DNA from: Lepidodermella squamata
Lineage: Eukaryota; Animalia; Gastrotricha
NCBI GenBank assembly: GCA_047495785.1
Contig: JBLDXI010000017.1
Coordinates: 1,116,001-1,180,000 of the forward strand
Direction of reading: 5' to 3'
DNA: 64,000 nt
Part shown: one piece after another, positions 59,743 through 64,000 of the stretch
Position numbering within the stretch: position 1 is the stretch's first letter
How the letters are laid out: the number at the start of each line of letters is the position of its first letter
Notes under the pieces: model-generated
What the model was told of the DNA's origin: nothing
Seen by the model: only the letters and a program-made list of their open reading frames with translations
Database searches by the model: none
Translations under genes and position numbers: made by a program

Positions 59743-61031
59743 CTACATTGAGATGGAGCCGAAAACGCTGCTGAAACTTCGCCGATAAACATGATTTCCG
59801 ATTAGATTGGTGACAATCGTCGATATTTCAGCAATATCGACCAAACTGTTGTAGGTCTCTACCAGAACAATGCTAACAGTGCACCGCATGTACGCCTCCA
59901 TGTCCTGAACCCGTACAGCGAGGAAAATATAGAGCTCCGATCCATCGACAATGACCGAAAGCAGGTAGCAGGTGGCTATGGCCATGTAGACGCGGTTCAT
60001 GCGCTGTTCCCGCTCAGTCGAGGGGCGGTTGAAACCACATTCCAATAGAACTTTGTGCGACTGGCTCGAATTTGAGGAGGCAGTCTTGCAAAGCTGCAAA
60101 GCGGCTCTGTTACGCCGGTAAATTATCGAAATGTGACCGATACACATGACGAAAATGCAGGCTATGAATAAACAAAGGGCAGGACCGAAAAGCAGATGCA
60201 CCAGTGCCATTACCTCGTTCGAACTGAAAGAAGGACGGCGAAGGAATGAGACCCAGAGGGTTGAATTCTGCTTTTGGCCGACCTCCCAAAACGTCAGTTC
60301 CAGACTGACTTTCGCAAATGCTACCTATAAATCAAAGTTGACAATATATTTACCAATAACTGATAACTGTGACTCATTTTTACCAGGTAAGAAAGCGCTA
60401 TGCAGTAGCGAGCAGTTTTAATCGTGAATTTTCGCCTCATTCGTAAACTTCCGGACGCAGCGATACACCGCTGGACACCGTACAGGGTACACGCCAAAAC
60501 ATTTGACCAGTGAGCGAATTCGCAAACAGCTCGGCAGAAGAAGAACGTCAAAAATGCCATGGCGTAACCTGACCAGCCCGATCTCCAACCACAGATATCA
60601 CGGCTATAGTTGCACCTGACGAGGGTGAGGGGCCAAGCTGTCAGGAAATATAAGAAACTGTTCGCATTCATTGCTTTGATGAATGTATATCCCGGGCCGA
60701 CAAATGATGGTATTTTACTGTTAGCCCAAGCATTGTTTCCACAATCTTCAACGCGGTTATTCCGTTGCGGGAACAGCCCGAGAAGACTGAATCTGTGCGA
60801 CCGCTGGTTACTTGATACAGAATTACGAGATTGCATGCTTGCATTTTGAGCAATAAGCGATAAATTTCCGCGGCGGAACATGATGATCGACGCGATGTTC
60901 AGGAAAGATCCTAGAACCGTTACAACTGGGTAGATGTAACTCCATAGATATTCCTGGAAACAAACAGCCTGGCAACTCGCCGCGTCATCAAGAGCTCGAA
61001 TTCCGCAGTCAGAGCTAGATTCCGTTGGCAT
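59743..61031 (-). CDS. Divergent rhodopsin-class (peptide-receptor-like) GPCR, two exons
   Basis: TM1 YIYPVVTVLGSFLNIASI, TM3 ending GVQRCIA, and further TM helices. Exons 61031-60384 and 60324-59743 join in frame. Confidence 0.8.
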
Positions 61032-61758
61032 GAAAATTGTCGCGTTGACTCGACAAAAAATTCCGACACCTTGCGCTAATAACTGCTACCGAAATAATTA
61101 TCATGCGATAAGGAAGAGGCCATATGTTCTGGACTATTTTTATAACTCTGCTTCGCGTGATAATGGTAGAATATTTTAAAATTAATTATTTTCTTTCTAA
61201 TCGGCGCAGTGAGTTGGCGGGTATTTTCATGGGAATTTTGGCTCGATGATATGGGCTTCATTTCACGTATTCATCACGTCATTCAGTATTGAATGTCTGA
61301 ATGACGCCAGACCGGCCGATAAAAATAAGCAGGGAAGTGATTGCCGCTCATTGCCCATCGATGAGCATGTTCACCCATGTGAAACAGCCTTTTCCCCAAC
61401 TAATAATACGTCGCTCTGCCCCAATTATTCGCTCTTGAGATGAGGGTCTTCTACAACAACGGAGGTAATACTCAACTTCATGGCCACGAGAACTTTGCTA
61501 ATAGAGACAATTTTCCTTTCTCACTCGAAGATACTTGAGGCATGAGATGTAGCTACGTCTCATGACTTGAGGGGTTATCATCAAGCGTCGCGAGATAGGG
61601 CAAAATACGGCATGAGGTGCCGGCGCTTGATTATGCCATAATTCGCAGCACGAACGCTTTAATGATATTGTTAACAAGCGCGCATCTAGCTGCTCCCTTG
61701 TTGGTATCAACACTTTCGCACTATCCTAAAGTAGCGTGTATCTGGCTGGCCTAATTAA

Positions 61759-62881
61759 ATGAAATTACAATTTGTCGTTTTGACCTTTGGTATCGGTTCA
61801 ATATTTCTGTGCCTCTACATTTTTCAAACCGCCCAGAGTAGTTGGTTTGACTATCCTTCTCGGAATTACAAGAGACTATTCACAAAGGCTTCAATGGAAG
61901 CAGTTTTCGCAATAAGGCGTGAAACTGCGTATCGAGGGTGCGAGAAGCATTTTCATTACTCCGCGAGGACGAAGGTTAACGAAACTTTCCCAGCTTCGCG
62001 ATCGAGCAGTTTTCTAGATTTCACGTTTTACAACGACGAGCACAAAATTCTGATTTGCACGTGGGTTTTCTCTATACAACCGTTTCCTTATAACGTCTGC
62101 TTCGCGGCTTAGAATTCCGAAAGTCGCATCAACAAATGTCAAACAGCTATTGAGTAGCATGCTAGATCCATCGGAACTGGAACAGTGGCCGCCAGATTCG
62201 ATTGTTAAATCGCTGCTGCCTAAACAACTGCATCGTCTCGTAGAAATGGGTTCGAAAGAGATTGACAAGCGAATGGGTTACACGAAGATATTATTTGTGA
62301 GACATCCTGTCGACCGAGTGATATCCGCATGGCGAGACAAGTTTTCACGTGGCTATCCTCCTGACCATCCCGAGCTTCACAGAATTATCGATGTTATATA
62401 CAGGACATACCGTTTCAACGAGTCTAATGGATCTTTCAACACAGCTACCGAGGTACTGAAGAAACAGGAACCCGTTAAACTAAACGAATTCTTCAGGTTT
62501 CTGATAGACTTCCAATCGAAACCTGAATTCCAAGATGTGCATTGTAATTTTAATCTCGTTCATGCATATGCAACGTCGTGACATCTTTTCACAGGGCGCT
62601 CGTATGAAGCTCATTGCGACCCATGCCATGTGGATTACGAGTACATTGGGCATTTCGAAAACCTAAGTGTTGAGTTGGCCTACATTGTGAATGTAACTAC
62701 GAGTGGCGGCAATTTCACTATACCGAAACCTGCGAATGGATCTTACGCCGCTGAAATGGGGGAGAAAAAGCGAGGAACGCTTCGATTAAATCATGAATCA
62801 CTAATTTCCTCCGAACTTATCAAGGGCATTGAAGAACGTTACAGAGTTGACTTTGATGTATTTGGTTACGAAACCTCTTGA
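61759..62881 (+). CDS. Carbohydrate sulfotransferase (Sulfotransfer_2, CHST11-like), three exons
   Basis: Type II membrane anchor, 5'-PSB C..PKVASTN, 3'-PB FVRHPVDRVISAWRDKF, and HW..Y..HCDPCHVDYEYIGHFENL. Confidence 0.9.
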
Positions 62882-63423
62882 GTAGCATTTTTTGTTCACA
62901 ATAAACGAGGGTGTTCTTTCATGTTTATGTGTAGCCAAGTGCGCACCAAAATTGACCTGAAAAAAATGTCGGCGAGTTCGCCACGTGACTTTCTTGGTGA
63001 GTTTTTCTCACACTTACGCAAACAATGAACGTGTGAATCATCAAAGAATTGAATCGATTCCTTATACGGGGTGCGCAATTGTCGGTTGACTCGACACAAC
63101 ATGATAGCTCAACGCACAAATTTTACGGCGGCAGCTTCTGTAGCTCAATTGAGCTTGGTATCTAATGTACGCAGAGCGGTTATAGTATAATACATTCGAG
63201 CATAACAAAAGGTACTCACGAAAATCTACTTAACACTTAACGCAATCTCTTGTAAACAAGCACATTTTGCTGTGAGCGGGGCAAGGCGTTGGCGTACGTG
63301 CGCCGTGCGCCTTGCGCTGACCTAGATAACCTAAAATTGTGAATGCGGTATGTTACTTGTGCACGATTTTGATTTAGATTTTATTGCCATCGAATTGAAT
63401 GTTTAATTTTCGACTTGCAGAAG

Positions 63424-64000
63424 ATGAATAATCAAATTATCAAAATAGGACTTTTCGCGCTTATCCTCGTGGTTGGGCTGTTTCATGTATTAGACATGCA
63501 CCTTGAAACATCCTACGCTCTGTCGAATTCCTTCTCGAGCTACCTGACCGAAATTTCCAAGCGCTCTTATTTTCTTTCGATATTCAGGGGTGAGAGCTTG
63601 GCAGAGCAGAGCTTCCGCCATCGTAGGCAGCATGTGGTAGATACCTGCAAGAGGCTATTCAATAAATCGCCGCAGAGAGATTCCTTAACCGCCTCAACTT
63701 GTCAGTCATTTTACGAATTCACATTCTTCAATGACGAGTACAAGTTTCTATTATGCACGTGAGAAATGAGTCTTTCTCAAAGCTCTGTAACTTAAGCTGT
63801 CATTTTTAGGATTCCAAAGGTGGCCTCTACAAATATCAAAGAATTTATGGTGAGCCTATTGAATAAATCTCAACTTGAAGTGTGGCCACCTGGTTCCAAC
63901 AATAAGCCCCGCCCTCCGCATATCCACAGATTATTCGAGCTGCCACGTTACGATTACAACAGTAGGGTCAATTATACTCGAATTATGTTTGTTCGAGACG
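63424..64000 (+). CDS. Second carbohydrate sulfotransferase paralog (runs past window end)
   Basis: TM anchor, FTFFNDEYKFLLCT|RIPKVASTNIK and IMFVRD. Same first intron position as the upstream paralog. Confidence 0.85.

Overview
Gene-dense eukaryotic (metazoan) genomic DNA with mostly 45-65 bp AT-rich GT-AG introns. Protein-coding genes in order: CFAP65 (partial), kinesin-5/KIF11, LSD1/KDM1A, strumpellin/WASHC5, AMPK beta, a brat-like TRIM-NHL gene, TDP-43, an unknown secreted and probably GPI-anchored protein, PSME3, UBE4B, GBF1 (with a nested class C GPCR and a SUV4-20-like pseudogene in its introns), GNPAT (with a NEMP-like relic in an intron), a class A GPCR and two carbohydrate sulfotransferases. 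The main finding is an array of eight near-identical 93-nt small RNA genes inside the 5.2-kb intron of the brat-like gene (21095-26296, minus strand), spaced about 570-685 bp apart with unrelated spacers. Each has a fixed-distance snRNA-type upstream element, a 30-nt AUG-free leader (AACCAUCUGCGAAUUUGAUUUGUGUCUAAG) ending at a GUAUGU splice donor, and stem-loops whose variation falls mostly in loops. This is the architecture of spliced-leader (SL) RNA genes. One copy carries a 181-bp structured insertion exactly at the donor, reminiscent of SL-targeting retroelements. Consistent with SL trans-splicing, most genes have an apparently unpaired splice acceptor 16-43 nt upstream of the ATG, and several sit in tight same-strand, operon-like clusters. 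Gene names come from recognised motifs, not database searches, and the organism is not identified.
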